Assembly: GCF_001194135.2 (NCBI RefSeq)
Contig: NC_068993.1
Span: forward strand, 53,180,271-53,244,270
From: Octopus bimaculoides
Lineage: Eukaryota
DNA length: 64,000 nt
Direction of reading: 5' to 3'
The notes under the pieces were generated by a model that saw only the letters and a program-made list of their open reading frames with translations, was not told the DNA's origin and did not search any database. The translations under genes and the position numbers were made by a program. Shown here piece by piece: positions 35,176 to 48,944 of this stretch. Within the stretch, counting starts at the first letter, position 1. Each line of letters starts with the position of its first letter.

Positions 35176-38100
35176 ATCTCACCCAGTGTGTCTTGCTGGA
35201 ATTTTTTTTATTCTTCTCATAATGTCATTCTTACATAAGAAGGTGGTTCAGTATTATTGGCTCTATTTTAGGTAGGTGACCGACTTCAAGATTTCAGGCT
35301 ACTTGACAAGACATCATATAAAGGAATGGTTGATAATTAATCTGAAACACAACCATGAACTTTATAATAAATTTGGTTTCTTTCAAAATATGAACTGGAA
35401 TTTTTAGCTGTTGTTACAAACTGTTTTTATTCATGTTTTTTTTTGTTGTAGTTAAGGAACATAACATTTTCATAATATAATTTCCTATTTTGTTGGTTTT
35501 TACAGCTAGGCTGTAAAATTCTTATTTGTTTTTATAAATCAGTTTGTCAGTTTAATTTAATACTTTTGAACAAGTGCTACGACCCTAAGAATGCTTAGAA
35601 ATACTATTTGCCATTCTAGTTTTCTTTGCCTATGTTTGTATGGAGACTATTATTAAACTTTCAGTTGTCTACTGTCCAACATTCTTTCAGAACATGTATC
35701 TCGTATAGCATCATCCTGACATTTTATCACCACTATTTTATCTCTTTCAATCTCCACCCTCTCTTTTATAATGTGAGTAGATGCGTAGCTCCTCTACAGC
35801 AGGAAACTTGTTCTGGCTTCTATCACACTTTAACCTCTCATCCTATAGCATAAAGCCACCTCTCTCTGTACTGTAGCCCCACTCAGTCAAAAGTGATCCT
35901 AGTCTTGCAAACTGCATGACTCACTAGTGCTGTTGCCACTCACACACACAAAAAACCTCAGAACATGCTATAAAGTGGTTGGTATTAAGGGAGCACCCAG
36001 TCATAGAAATCACGCCAAAGCAGACATTAGAGCTTGACACAGTCTTCAAACCTATTGGACCTTGTCAAACTGTCCAATCCACACCAGTATAGAAGATGGA
36101 TGCTGAATGATGATGGAAAAGATTTAAACTACTGACTTTATTTTAATTGGGGTTGAGTCTCATAGCTAATACATCTCTCCTAATTGTGTCCATGATTGTC
36201 TTTGTTGGAGAGAGGTAGAAATTTGTTATCTCTGCAGTGCTCTTATTTTGTCCTTATGTTTCACATAATCCACATTGCTTCCTCTCTCTATATCCTATAT
36301 AAACAGTATTGAACAAATATTATCACAGTATAACTAGAATCTGATGCCTACCATACTGTACCTTCATCTTATGTTTGCATAAAGTGTGAGTGTGTTACTT
36401 TGCACTTTTCATTCTTTTTAATAGTTATGTTGTTGTTTTTCTGAATAATAGCCCTCTCATGTTTCGATGAACTAATATATATCCATTGAATAGCCTGCAT
36501 AAAATCTTACATAATGTGAGATAGTTTTCTCTCAGCAATCCATATATATATATACATAGATATAATCCATGCTCATCTTTGCATATTGTTTGTGCACATG
36601 AAAAACGTTTTTTACTCTATCAGAAATACTACGTAGAACCTCATTCATTTATTCTATTTCAATAGTCTGAACTTTCTTTCACATTTTCCTGTATGTTTAT
36701 TTTAAATTTCAGCTGATGCAGGAAGGTTATTGCTAGTAGCTAAATTATATTTTAAAATTTCATTATTTATAGTGGCCATCCCTAATGAATTGAATTCTGC
36801 TTTTCAAACACCACAACTCCTTTACTTTTTAATTTTTAAGACAATGACTCCTTATGTAATTCCAACAGGTCTGTTCCTTAGCTGCAATCGAAGCTACTTT
36901 CTGTACATGCTTTTCTATCATTATTCACTAATACCAATTTTTTTGTTTTTTGTTTTTTCCTCAAGTCATTAGCACAATCAGCATTGGCAGCCAGTCCTTC
37001 CTTTCTTCCTTCCTTCGTCCCCACTGCCACAAAAAATGTATCACTTTGGAACTTACTGTATGTTTGTGTATTTCCCTCAAAAAGAAAATGTTGATTACAC
37101 TACAAAAGACTGGTTGGTTAACATCCTGTACTGAACTTACTGACCCAATAATTTTGAGTTGAATGCCTGCCACAAAGCATTTTGCTATTTCTTTCCTTTT
37201 AAACACATTATTTAATTTTTACCAGCCTAGCTTATTAGCTAAATGTAGAACTATTTCATGTTGTTTTCATGGAAAGTTGATATTAAATCAGTAATAAGAA
37301 TATTGAACACAGCTTCTCTCATTCCATACATGATGGAAGGAAATCTTTCACAAAATTGGTTAAGACATATGGAAGGAAGCTCTCAGCAAACTTAATTCCA
37401 AATTGTATGACTACAGCTTTCACTAACTTGGAGTGTATTATTTTTATTTATGATTCTATTAGTATTTTTTATTATTTGACTGTAGACAGTTGAAACTGAT
37501 TATTTTTATAGATGGGTTGTTGAGTTGTATTTGTGAAAGTAATGTTGCCTCTTATTGATATCCTGTAAGTTAACCCATCAGTGACATGGTTGCAGTTCCA
37601 ATATTTGACCCTTTTGTTACCATATATCTCTTGAAATACACTACCTTTGTTTCAGTTCATTTTGGAAATGAAGGATTTACTAAAATGTATGTATTTGTAC
37701 ACTTTTAAGTGGTTGGTGTTGGGAAGTGCATCCAGCCATAGAAACCATGGCAAAGATGACATTTGAGCTCAATGCAGTCTGCTGGTATGTCAGATCCTGT
37801 CAAACTGTCCAGCCCATGCAGCATGGAAAATGCATGTTAAATGATGATGATGATGATGATATATCACGGGTTCAAATCTGATCACAAGTATTTCATTGTG
37901 CTGTTCAGCATGGGACAGTCTCTTGCCTATACCAACCATTTCATGGTTTATTGACTTGTATTTTAAAAAAAGAAAATTTTAAAAATGTGACTAACATCCT
38001 TGTAGAAAAATAATTGTTTACAGTTTTAATGAAATTAAAATTTAAATTGTTAGGATTGTAACTTATTGATAAGATAAATAGTACAGTTAAGGTGTTGGGG

Positions 38101-38426
38101 CAAAATATTTTTGTTTTCATTCCAGTCCTTTATGAGTTCTAAATTCCACCGAGGTCAACTTTGCCTTTTGTCCTTCTGGAGTTACAAGTACAGAAGTTGA
38201 TTTAGCATGGTAGAGTGGAGCCTAATTCCTTACCCAATGGTTGGACTTTGATAACAGGTGAAGTGCCACATCTGTTGGAAGTACATTGGTGTCACATAAC
38301 TATTATCTGTTGTGTAACATACTATATTTACTGCCAACATAACACACATGAACTTTCTGAAAATGGACCCATTAAAAGGAATAATACCAAAGAACAAGCA
38401 GAATCAGTAACATTTGATGGAGCAAA

Positions 38427-38627
38427 TTAACCCTTTAGCATTTAGACTGGCTATATCAGGCCTAAATATTCTATCTGTTTTATGCTCAAACCACCTACCT
38501 TACAATGTGATTCTAAAAATAAACCATTGTATCATGAATATCTTGAAGCTAGGAGACAAGGTATGATTAATTAAAAAAATATAACTAAGCATTACATTTG
38601 ACAGTAATCTGAATGATAAAGGGTTGA
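38427..38627. mobile_element. piggyBac-like MITE (TTAA-CCCTTTAGCATT ... AATGATAAAGGG-TTGA), about 200 bp
   Basis: CCCTTT/AAAGGG termini with TTAA-type flanks; other copies at 7252-7445, about 14850-15045 and about 19596-19810. Confidence 0.75.
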
Positions 38628-41600
38628 TATGACTGCTAGAAATAAATATATTCATTCAGTATTCCATGAATGGTTCTTAGACATTTCTTGTTTTCTTTTT
38701 TTATTACCTTACACAATGCACTTATTTCATATAACATGCCAAAAATAATTTAGAAGATGGTGATATATCTGCGTACAAAATAGGAAATGTTCACTTGCAT
38801 TAACCTCTTGGAACTTATGATGTTAGAATATATCTAATTTAGATTATCTGTGATATATTGTAAATGTACTTAATTAGAATACTTCTTTGTTTTTTGTTTT
38901 TCTGACTGCACACCATTTTGCATAACACTAAGGCAGTTGTAGACTAGAGTAACGTCATACTTAAGTAGCAGTTGGTTGGTTACCCTTTTATTACCATAGT
39001 TTTGTTAAAATACACTGCTTTTGTTTAAATTAGTTATGCAAATAGTAAAGAATTTAGTAAAATAACTTTTGTGATTATTAAGCTTGTGTTTTGAACATAA
39101 ACTAACATGAAACCTTGATTTAAGTTTTAGTTTATATCATTTGAAAACAAGTTTTGTATCATAGAATGAGAGGTAGTCTTGAGTGGATTGGTATCAAGAT
39201 GGTTAAAATTATTCTGCAATCTTGAACAAATTATCTTTGGAAAATGTTGATGATAGAGCTTTTAACCGTATCAAGGTACAAGTGTAATATTGGTTATTGA
39301 ATTGCAAAAAAGTTTTAGTGGTACAAAAATAATAAAACCTAGATATAGCAGGTCAGAGTTGGCCACATATTGTGGAGTTAAGGAAGTAGAATAGAAATGT
39401 GTTTGAATATAATTATACTAGGGAATAAAATAAAAAACTAGATATCTTATATGATGCTCCATAACGAAGAAAATATTTGACAGTATATGAATTAGATATA
39501 TGCATACAATTATTTTAGTTTCTGTTTCATTGATTAATTAGTATGATTACAACATTGTAATAAGTTACAATTTCAGATAAATCATTTTCTTTCAGTAATG
39601 TTTTTGTTTTTGATGTTGCATATTTTCTTCTCCCAGCTGCCTTGGTAACCAAACCTGAAATTGAAAAATGTGCTTTTATTGTGTATTTGTTATATTTCTT
39701 CTTATATGAATTACTGATAAATTAATATCAAGTTTGTTTTAAGGAATATTAATCATTAACATATACTGATAATCAAAAAGCATTGATAATTAAAAAAAAA
39801 ATGTTATTGAATGAAAATCTATTTGTTAAAGAACTTTCCAAATAAGATTTTTTTTTCTTTTTGTGAAGGTGTGTGGCCTAATGGTTAAGGTGTTCAACTC
39901 CTGATCATAAAGTTGAGTTCAATTCCTGGATTGGGTAGTGGATTGTGTCCTTGAACAGTGCACTTCATTTCATGTTGCTCCAACCAGGCACTGGTGCAGC
40001 CCTCCCTCTCCCTCCAGTTGTCATATTCAGGGTGTTCCACTGGATTGTGACAGGGAGATTGTGTCTATGCCTGCTTGCACAGGCACCTAAAACAATTAGT
40101 GATAACATAGTACATATGACAAAGTCATACTCACTCGTAAACGTTAATTGTACTTTTTTAAAATTTCTATTACACTAAACAAGGTTGAAAATGTTCAAAA
40201 TGTTAACTGGAAGACTCCATATGAGACACAAATGTTTAAGGCAAGTAGATGCAAAGAAATTATTCCCGATTAAGAAATGAATGAGAGAAAACATTGCAAA
40301 ATGAGTCTCTGATTGGCACGAAAACAAAGTTTTCATATCTTGCAGATCTATATTTTCACAATATTCAATGTGCTGGAAATTAAAAAAATTTGAAGTTGGT
40401 TTTCCTTTTATTTGAAGAAAAATACATCTTACATATTCCTCTATGAATGAAATTGTTTTGTTTTATTTCTTTTTTAAAAATTGTCTTTAGGAAGAAAGTA
40501 TTTAGACTAGAATGGATGTTTTAATATACAGATATGTGTTCCATAGGCATAACAACACATTGGTCAGAAAATGACTTAGAGTACATTCTAGTTGATACCT
40601 AAATATGGATGTTGGTTCATATATAAGTGAATCTTGAATATTTTTTGTGGGGGATGGCTTTATTCTTCATTTAGTTTTAATCGTTTAGTGGACTAATTGA
40701 AATTCTTTAAGTTTATGGAACACCAGTAGATGCATAGTTGTTTGCAAATGATTTAACCCAAATGACAGCTAAACCCCCTCATTACTCTACATAATGCTCT
40801 CCAAATCTTCAAACAAATACTGCATAACGACTAATAATAATGTTATTAGTATCTGAAAATTATTTGCTGTTTCTGAAAGCTCATTCAAAATTTGTTAGTG
40901 TCCATTAAGTCTTTTATCTTTTACTTGTTCCAGTCATTGGACTGTGGTTATACTAGGGCACAACCTTGATTGGGTTTACTCTGGTACTTATTCTATCATT
41001 TTTTTTTGGTAAGTTACCAGGCTAAGTTAACATTACCCAAAATTGATTGTCAAGGGGGGAGTGGGGAGAGACAAACCCTAAAACACACACACACATGTCT
41101 GTGTATATATATATATATATTATAAAATATACTACGGGCTTTCACACATTTTCTGCCTATCAAATTCACTCACAAGGCATTGGTCATCCCAGGTTTGTAG
41201 AAGACACTTTCCCAAAGTGCTGTAAATTTTCTTTTTGTGGCTTAATAACTCTAATCTACTTCAGTGTTAATTTCTGTTAATTCAAACATCCGGTATCAAT
41301 TGTAATCATGAAAAGATTGGATTAACATATTGATTCTTGTAAGAACTGTCTTAACCTCCTCCCCTCTCTCATTTATGTTCTTACCAAACTCAAGTTAACA
41401 TGGTTTATCTTCAGTTTGAATTTCTTAATTTAATGTTTAGTGAAAGAAACACAGACAGGTAGGGAGTTCTAGAAAGATACAGTTTTAGATATGATGGATG
41501 AAGTAAATTGCATAGTACATTCTTAGTGATGTTGATAGTAAAAAACAAACACAATGTATTAAATGGATTTTTGTGTTAGTTACTGTTGCACGATGAATCA

Positions 41601-42235
41601 ATTATTTGAATTAGCATTTTTGTCTTCAATACTGAATGTTGATGTCATATTACCAGAAATATGCAAGGAAAAGCCTTAATGTGTCAGACTTATCAGAACT
41701 GAAGTTTTCTATGTGTCTTTAGGTTGTAAATGTGATTGGTTGTGCTGAATAGTAATCAGGTTGTGATGCTTGAAATGTATACAGACTGAAAGTCTTAGCT
41801 AGCTAGTATTTATTAATAATGAAGCTGATAAGTGAATTGTCTTGTTATGCAAAGAAACTATGGTTACTACAGTTCAGTTGTATCCAGGAAGTTTTCCAAG
41901 TTATTTTTTCATGTGTTACATATACTTGTAAGGTGTCAAGGACGAAATGGTTAAATGATCTACATGTTCTTTACTTATTGAAAACACTAATGCTGTGACA
42001 TACATCATATAAATGTAATACGCATATGGTAACACTTTTAAAGATCGATGGTATACTTCTCATCTTCATCTCTATCATTTGATTAGTCTTAAAAGGTTCC
42101 TTTTCAGCTAATTTTAAACAACAATATGTGAATGGCAGCATATAGATTTCATAATTACAAGTTTCATAATTGCTGTTCATGATGTCATGGCAAGTTTCAT
42201 TACATTCTGTCCAAGTGAATCACCTTTTTCTTCTT

Positions 42236-42450
42236 AAGGTGGTGAACCAGAAGAATCGTTAGCATAACGGGGAAAAATGCTTAGTGACAGTTTGTCTGTC
42301 TTTATGTTCTGAGTTCAAATTCCACCAAGGTTGACATTGTCTTTCATCCTTTCAGGGCTGGTAAAATAAGTAGCAGTTGAGTGCTGAGGTCAATGTAATT
42401 GACTTATTCCTTTCCCCAAAAATTTCTGGTCTTGTGCCAAAATTTGAAAC

Positions 42451-42483
<33 letters not shown>

Positions 42484-44533
42484 GGTGGTGAGCTGGCAGA
42501 ACCATTGGCCTACCAGCCAAAATGCTTAGCAGCATTTCATTTGTCTTTATGTTTTGAGTTCAAATTCCACTGAGGCTAATTTTGCCTGTCTTTGTTTCAG
42601 AGTCGATGAAATAAGTACCAGTTGGACATTGGAGTCGATTTAATTATCTTCCCTCTCTCCTCAAAAGCTATTGGCCCTGTGTCAAAATTTGAAACCATTA
42701 TTATGGTTATTATTGGGCTTGGCAGAAATATTAGAGCGTTAGACATATACTTTGTGATATCTGGATGTGGCCCTTTATATTCTGAGGTAAAATCTTGCCT
42801 TACATATCTCCAAAGTTGATAATAAAATAAAAGCACCAGCCAACTAATGAAGTTGTTAGTGATTAACCCCTACCCCACTATTTCAGGCCCTGTGCCTATG
42901 TTAAAACCAGTTGTTATTAAAGTAGCGAGCTGACAGAATCGTTAGCATGCTGGGCAAAATGCTTAATGGCATTTTATCCACCTTTACGTTTTGAGTTCAA
43001 ATTCCACTGAGGTCAACTTTGCTTTTCATTCTTTGGGAGTCAATAAATTGCCAGTGAAACACTGGGGTTGATGTAATTGACTAGTCGGTCTCCCCCCCCC
43101 CCCCCNNNNNNNNNNCCACCAAAAAAAAGGATCTCAGGCTTTGTGCCTTTAGTAGAGAGGATCATTATTATTATTATTACAGTATTTCGCTTGTCACTAC
43201 GTTCTAGGTTCAAGCTCTGCTGAGGTCTACTTTACCTTTCATCCTTTTGGGGTTGATAAAATAAGTACCAATTGAACAATGGGGTCGATATAATCGACTC
43301 CTCCCCTCTCCTAAAATTGCTGCCCTTGTAGCAAAATTTGAAATTATTATTATTTAGGCAGCCAGCTGGCTGAACCATTAGCATGCTGGTTAAAATACTT
43401 CACAGTATTTTGTCTGTCTTTACTTTCTGAGTTCAAATCCCGTCAAGATTGACTTTGCCTTTCATCTTTCAGGGTTGATGTAATCCGCTATCCCCCTCCC
43501 CACAAATTTCCAGACCGTGTGCCTATTGTAGAAAGAATTATTATTTTTAGGTGCCAAGCTGGCTGAACCATTAGCTATGCTGGACAAAAGCCTAGTGGTA
43601 TTTCGTCTGTCTTTACGTTCTGAGCTAAAATTCTGCTGAGGGTGACTGTGTCTCTTATCCTTTCAGTGTCAATAAAATAAGTCCTGGGATCAATATAATT
43701 GACTTCCCTCTGGCCCTGTGCCAAAATTCAAAACTATTATTATTATAATTAGAGCAGTGGAAAAATGCTTTGCATTATTTGTTCTGGCTTTTTGCATACT
43801 GAGTTCAAATCCTGATGGGGCCAACTTTGCTTTACCTTCTTTCGGGATTGATAAAATAAAGCACTAGTCAAGTACAAGGGTTGATGTTATCGACCCTAAC
43901 CCTTCCTCTGAAAATTACTGGCCCTGTACCAAAATTAGAAATAGTTATTATTAAGGTGTTGGGCTGACAGAATCATTACTGTGTTATGTTCTGAGTTCAA
44001 ATTTCACCTAGGTTGACTTTGCTTATCATCCTTTTGGGGTTGATAAAATAAGTACCAGCTAAGCACTGGGGTTGATGTAATAAACTAGTTCCCTCCTCCA
44101 AAATTTGAAACCATTATTAACTTCAAATTCCGCTTTTCATCCTTTCAGGGACAATAAGATAGGTACTAATCAAGTAATAGGGTCAATGTAATAATCTTGC
44201 TTCCTCCCACAAAACTTCAAGCCTTGTTTCTATAGTAGAAAGAGTATATTGTCTCAAGAAGGGGACTGTTATTTCAAGCCTCCCTAAATTAAGGACTAAA
44301 AATAATTATATGAGGTTAAGGTAGCAAGCTGGCAGAATCATTAGCACACTGGCTAAATGTTTAATGGCATTTTGTCCATCTTTATATTGTGAGTTCAAAT
44401 TCTGTTGAGGTCATCTTTGCCTTTCATCCTTTTGAGGTCAATAAAATAACTACCAATTGAACACTGAATATAATTGACTTAATCCCTCCCACAAGCTTTC
44501 TGATCTTGTTACCAAATTTTGAAATCAATAATT
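42236..44533 (+). mobile_element. Head-to-tail array of about 11 tRNA-derived SINE copies (family C), joined through (TTA)n tails
   Basis: Recurrent AAGGTGGxGAGCTGGCAGAATCxTTAG head, GAGTTCAAATTCC B box and GCCTTTCATCCTTTxGGGGTxGATAAAATAAGTACCAG core. Confidence 0.9.
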
Positions 44534-47377
44534 ACATGAGGTTAATTGTTCATTTGCATTATTAGTGGTAAAGGAGAAAACCAGAGTCGAAGTTTGTTCC
44601 AGTAATATATAAAGTGTGGCACTGGGGCTGGAACATTAGGAACGACGAAAAAAGAGGTGAATTTAGAAGTGTGTATATACATATATAAGTGGAATAGCTA
44701 CCAACATTATCAGTAAAAAGAAAAAAAATAAGACACAGCTTAATGTTAAAAAGGATGTTTGAGTGTTGTTAAGTGAAAGATAGTCTTATCAAGTGAACAA
44801 TGCTATTTTTATGTGACCTAGAATGACTGAAACAGTAGTTCACCTGTTAAGGATTTGAGAGCTTCTGTTTAGAGTTAAAATATTTTGTAGTTATGGAAAA
44901 GTATCCCTGCCTTGGTTGTGGTCTTGTTACATCGTTTTGTGTGTGTGGTTAAGAGTATCTGCGAAGTACAGCTTTGGCTATGTCTTTATGAAGATGTTTT
45001 TCATTTGAACAGCTGAATTTGTGATGTCAACTATTCCAGTTTTTTAAATTCTTTCTTTGCAGATGAATCTTTTATGCACATGTTGGAAGGAAAATAGGGC
45101 ATTGTGTCTGCAAAGATTTGTGTCATGCAGTCAGAGACATAAACTATTACCTTAAGTTCACATTTGTATCAAAAAATAAATTAAAAATATATATTTAAAA
45201 AGCATAATATATACAAGAGGAATGACATTTTTAACATTAACAAAAAAAACCATATTGTTTTTTATTTAATGTTTTGCATCACTCCCCAAATATTTCTTCT
45301 ACACACTGGTATATCTTTTACCATTTTGTTAGAGACCATTTCTTAGGAATGTTAAATTTCTGATCTGTTAATGTGAAATGAAAATACACTAATCTATATT
45401 TTAATTTAATCACTTTAGTTGAATCTATTCTTTGACCATAGTAAATTCTGTAACTCTTTTTTCTTATTTGCCTTTTCCATGGAAGTTCTTTTGGAATGGA
45501 ATGCTGACTTCCATAAAAGAATAATTGGACATTTCTCATATTGTTAATATGAATAAAAAAAAATGTATGTGAGAAAGGAAGAAAATAATTATTAAATGCA
45601 GTAAAGTTTTGGAACAAAAATATGCTCAGATATGTGATTGCTATAAGCTTTGCTTCGCAGGCAACTGATTTTGAATTTTATTCTTAGATTTTGGAAAACT
45701 GTAATTTCCAGTTGATAATTTTCCTGAGATAATAGTCTGATATATATTGGATCACTCTTGATTTAACTATGGAATAACAATTAAAATAGTGGTTAATGCA
45801 TAAAAGGTGGAGTTAAATAAAGACAGTTCTCTGCTTTATCAAAAAATATACCTCATTTTGTTAACCTTCATATGAAGGTTTTATCAAGAGCTTCCTTTGG
45901 AAATCAAAAAGGCTTTTTTTAAAAAAATTAAAACATTATAAAAGATGTACCAAAAGTTACTATCTTTTTAATGAACTAATAATTTTTAATCAATCTGAAA
46001 ACCATGACAAAAATTTGTCATCGTTTTATGCCTATGTAATGGGGTTTTGTATTATTTTCTCATTTTAAACCTGTATAATGAATTTTAGATACCAGATTAG
46101 AAGTATGTAAATTATTTTACATAAAAAAGCCAATGTTTCTTAGCAACAACAAAACTTGAGCATGATCAACTCAGCTGTTATATCATCATCATCATCATCA
46201 TCATCATTATTTTAATAACTTCTTTTCAATGCTTGCATGGGAAAACCAGGTGAAAGTATGTTGGAGCAGAGATTTCTAATGCCAGTCTGCACCTGTTTCC
46301 AACTGAGGTCATAATCTCCCAGTTTATCAAACGATAAACAGCCCAGACATTCTTTACATAGAAAACCGGAAACAAACAACTCTGTATGAATAAACTTTTT
46401 GTTTACAAAGATAATGCAACATGTTAAGAAGTCTTGACATTCTTTTGCTGTGAACTACATAGGATTTGTTTACAACCAGTGAAGATGGGAAGTATGAACT
46501 CGCATACTAAGTCACACATACATATATGCATACGCAAGTGTCTTCTACTTTGTATATAGCCTTGGGTCAACTTAAACCTTACGAGTGGGTATGGTGGAGA
46601 GAAATTGAAAGATGACCATCACATGTGTGTATATAAGTATACCCATGTGTGTGCTTGTGTCTCCTTGTTCTGACATTACGCGATAGTTGTAACTGAGTGT
46701 CTCTGTCATACATGTGGTGACACTCATTTCCAATCTGTAAAAACATGTCCAGACATGGGGAAATATTATCTTGTTTAGAAACAAGTGAGGGTTAGTAACA
46801 GGAAGGGCATCCAGCCATAGAAAATCTGCATCAATGAACTTCATTTGACCCATGCTAACATACAAAAGTGAACATTAAAACGATGATTATGATAATCATG
46901 AACTTCATTTCTTTGAGTCTGGCATCTAAATTCATTCTTAAATGATGAAATGAATATCTTAAACAGTTAAAATAAACACCCAACCTTTCAATGTATTGGC
47001 ACAATATAATGACATTGTTTGTCATTTTTTTGAATGATTGATTGTTAAAATTATTAGATTATTAATTAAAACTTCAGTGGTTTTTAGCATATCCTATTAA
47101 TAATCTTAAATGAAAAGAAACTTTCATGTATGAATGAGTGAACACGACTTAGACATTTAGAGTCCTCATTTATTCACATGGACTCTAAGGATGAACACCA
47201 TAAAATTGTATCCCCTATCCACTTTAAAAAAATGTATTCCAAACCAAAGAAGGCTGTGACTGACAGAAAAATGGAAGAATTAAAATATAATTCAAAAAAT
47301 ATTTTACTTACATACATATATATATATATGTGTATATAATATACATACATACACACATATATATATATATATATATA

Positions 47378-47546
47378 AGAAAATGAGATGACAAAATAAA
47401 TAATAATCTTATGAATTTTGTTAGCTTATAGCTATTTCTGCTATAAGATCCAGTGGAGTCATAGTTAGGTGCCTAAGTAACACCTTATAGCTTTATCAGA
47501 GCCTCAAATATGAAGTGCTATTTATTCCTTTGTCATCTCATTTTCC
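47378..47546. mobile_element. 169-bp MITE with TA target duplication (Tc1/mariner-type)
   Basis: TIRs AGAAAATGAGATGACAAA / TTTGTCATCTCATTTTCC flanked by TA; internal hairpin CTTATAGC..GCTATAAG. Confidence 0.7.
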
Positions 47547-48803
47547 TATTACCACTCTGTACTTGACTAAGACATCACTGTGAAGCATATGTATATTGAG
47601 TTCTACACCTGGTTTATTAGTATCGCAATGTCTAAGTGAAATATATATATATATATTTTATATATATATATATATGTATATACACATATATACACACACA
47701 CACTCATATGTATACACATACTGTATAATTTTGCCATGAAAGTGACATTTCAGATCAGGCATGCATCTTCAAGCAAAATAAATGATTCTTCCTGAGGCAG
47801 TAGTGAAATAAAGCAAGTGAGAACGTTCAGTTGAGAACACAATGCAATGATTCTGGCAATGGGATATAAAAATCACAGCTTGGAATCCACTGGATGATTG
47901 TGCTTCAGATATAACTATAACAAGAACAACAGCAACAACAATTTACACAAACTTTTTGAAGAAATTTTCTCATGTGACAATTCTTAAACAATAAAAGAAA
48001 AGAAAACATATAGTCTGTCACTATATATATAACATTATATAATCCTTATTAAAGCACGTTAAATTCAAAAGATTTATTTTGTCTGAGTTTTCTTTCCTTA
48101 TCCATTTTTGTTACAATCTTTCTCTTGAAATACACTGCTTTGTTTCAATTAGTTTCGAAAATAATGAAGAACTTAGTAAACTGTTCTGTTTCAATTAATT
48201 TCAAAAAGGATGAATTTAGCGAGATATCTTGGTCTTTATTAAGCCAATGTTTGAAACAAATTAACTTGAGAATTTATAAGAAGGTTTTAATTTAGACCAT
48301 TTTAACACTTCTGTGACCATGTTTCTGTAGAAATACACTACTTTTGTTTCAGTTAAATTTGGAAATGATGTAGAATTTAGTAAAATATCTTGATCCTTAT
48401 TAAACTGGTGTTTGGAACATAAATTAGCATCAAATATTGAATGAAGGTTTTAATTTAGATCTCTTTAAAATGGGAATTTTGTGTGATAGAACTTGGGTGG
48501 GTTGGTATCAAAAGAGCCAAAACAAAACTGGAAGTTTGTATCAAACAGGTGTAGCTTCATGCAGGATGGTTTTAAAAGAGCTAATGGTCAGAATCTTTAA
48601 TTGTTAAAATTTCTGATATGCCAAAATAAATAAATTAATAAAAATGATTGAAATTAATGTTTCTGTAAGTTTGTATTGTCAATTAATGCTTAACCCTTTT
48701 GACACCATATTTTCTGAATTGTTGGAATTGGTTTTTATTCATCATTGTTGCAGATTCGAAACTGAATTACCAAGAGTTATAGCAAAGCCATAACTGTTTC
48801 ATG

Positions 48804-48944
48804 TGATTGGCTGATTAACTGACCAATCAGCATTGAGCCGTCATGTGATGCAACCTTCTAGAACCTTCCAGATTCTGCAAATGGGGCTTATAAATAGGTG
48901 AATTTTTGTGCTAAAACTTCAGAATGTTGGAGGCCGCCACTATG
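48804..48944 (+). promoter_or_regulatory. Pol II promoter-like module: inverted CCAAT pair, heat-shock element, TATA box, Kozak-like ATG
   Basis: ATTGG 48806 / CCAAT 48823; TTCtaGAAccTTC 48856-48868; TATAAATA 48889; GCCGCCACTATG ending at 48944. Confidence 0.45.

Noticed and set aside
36961-37206. 81-aa minus-strand ORF and other 60-100-aa intergenic ORFs (34.9-49 kb)
   Set aside because: No domain similarity or splice-consistent chain; several are translations of SINE or RTE-tail repeats
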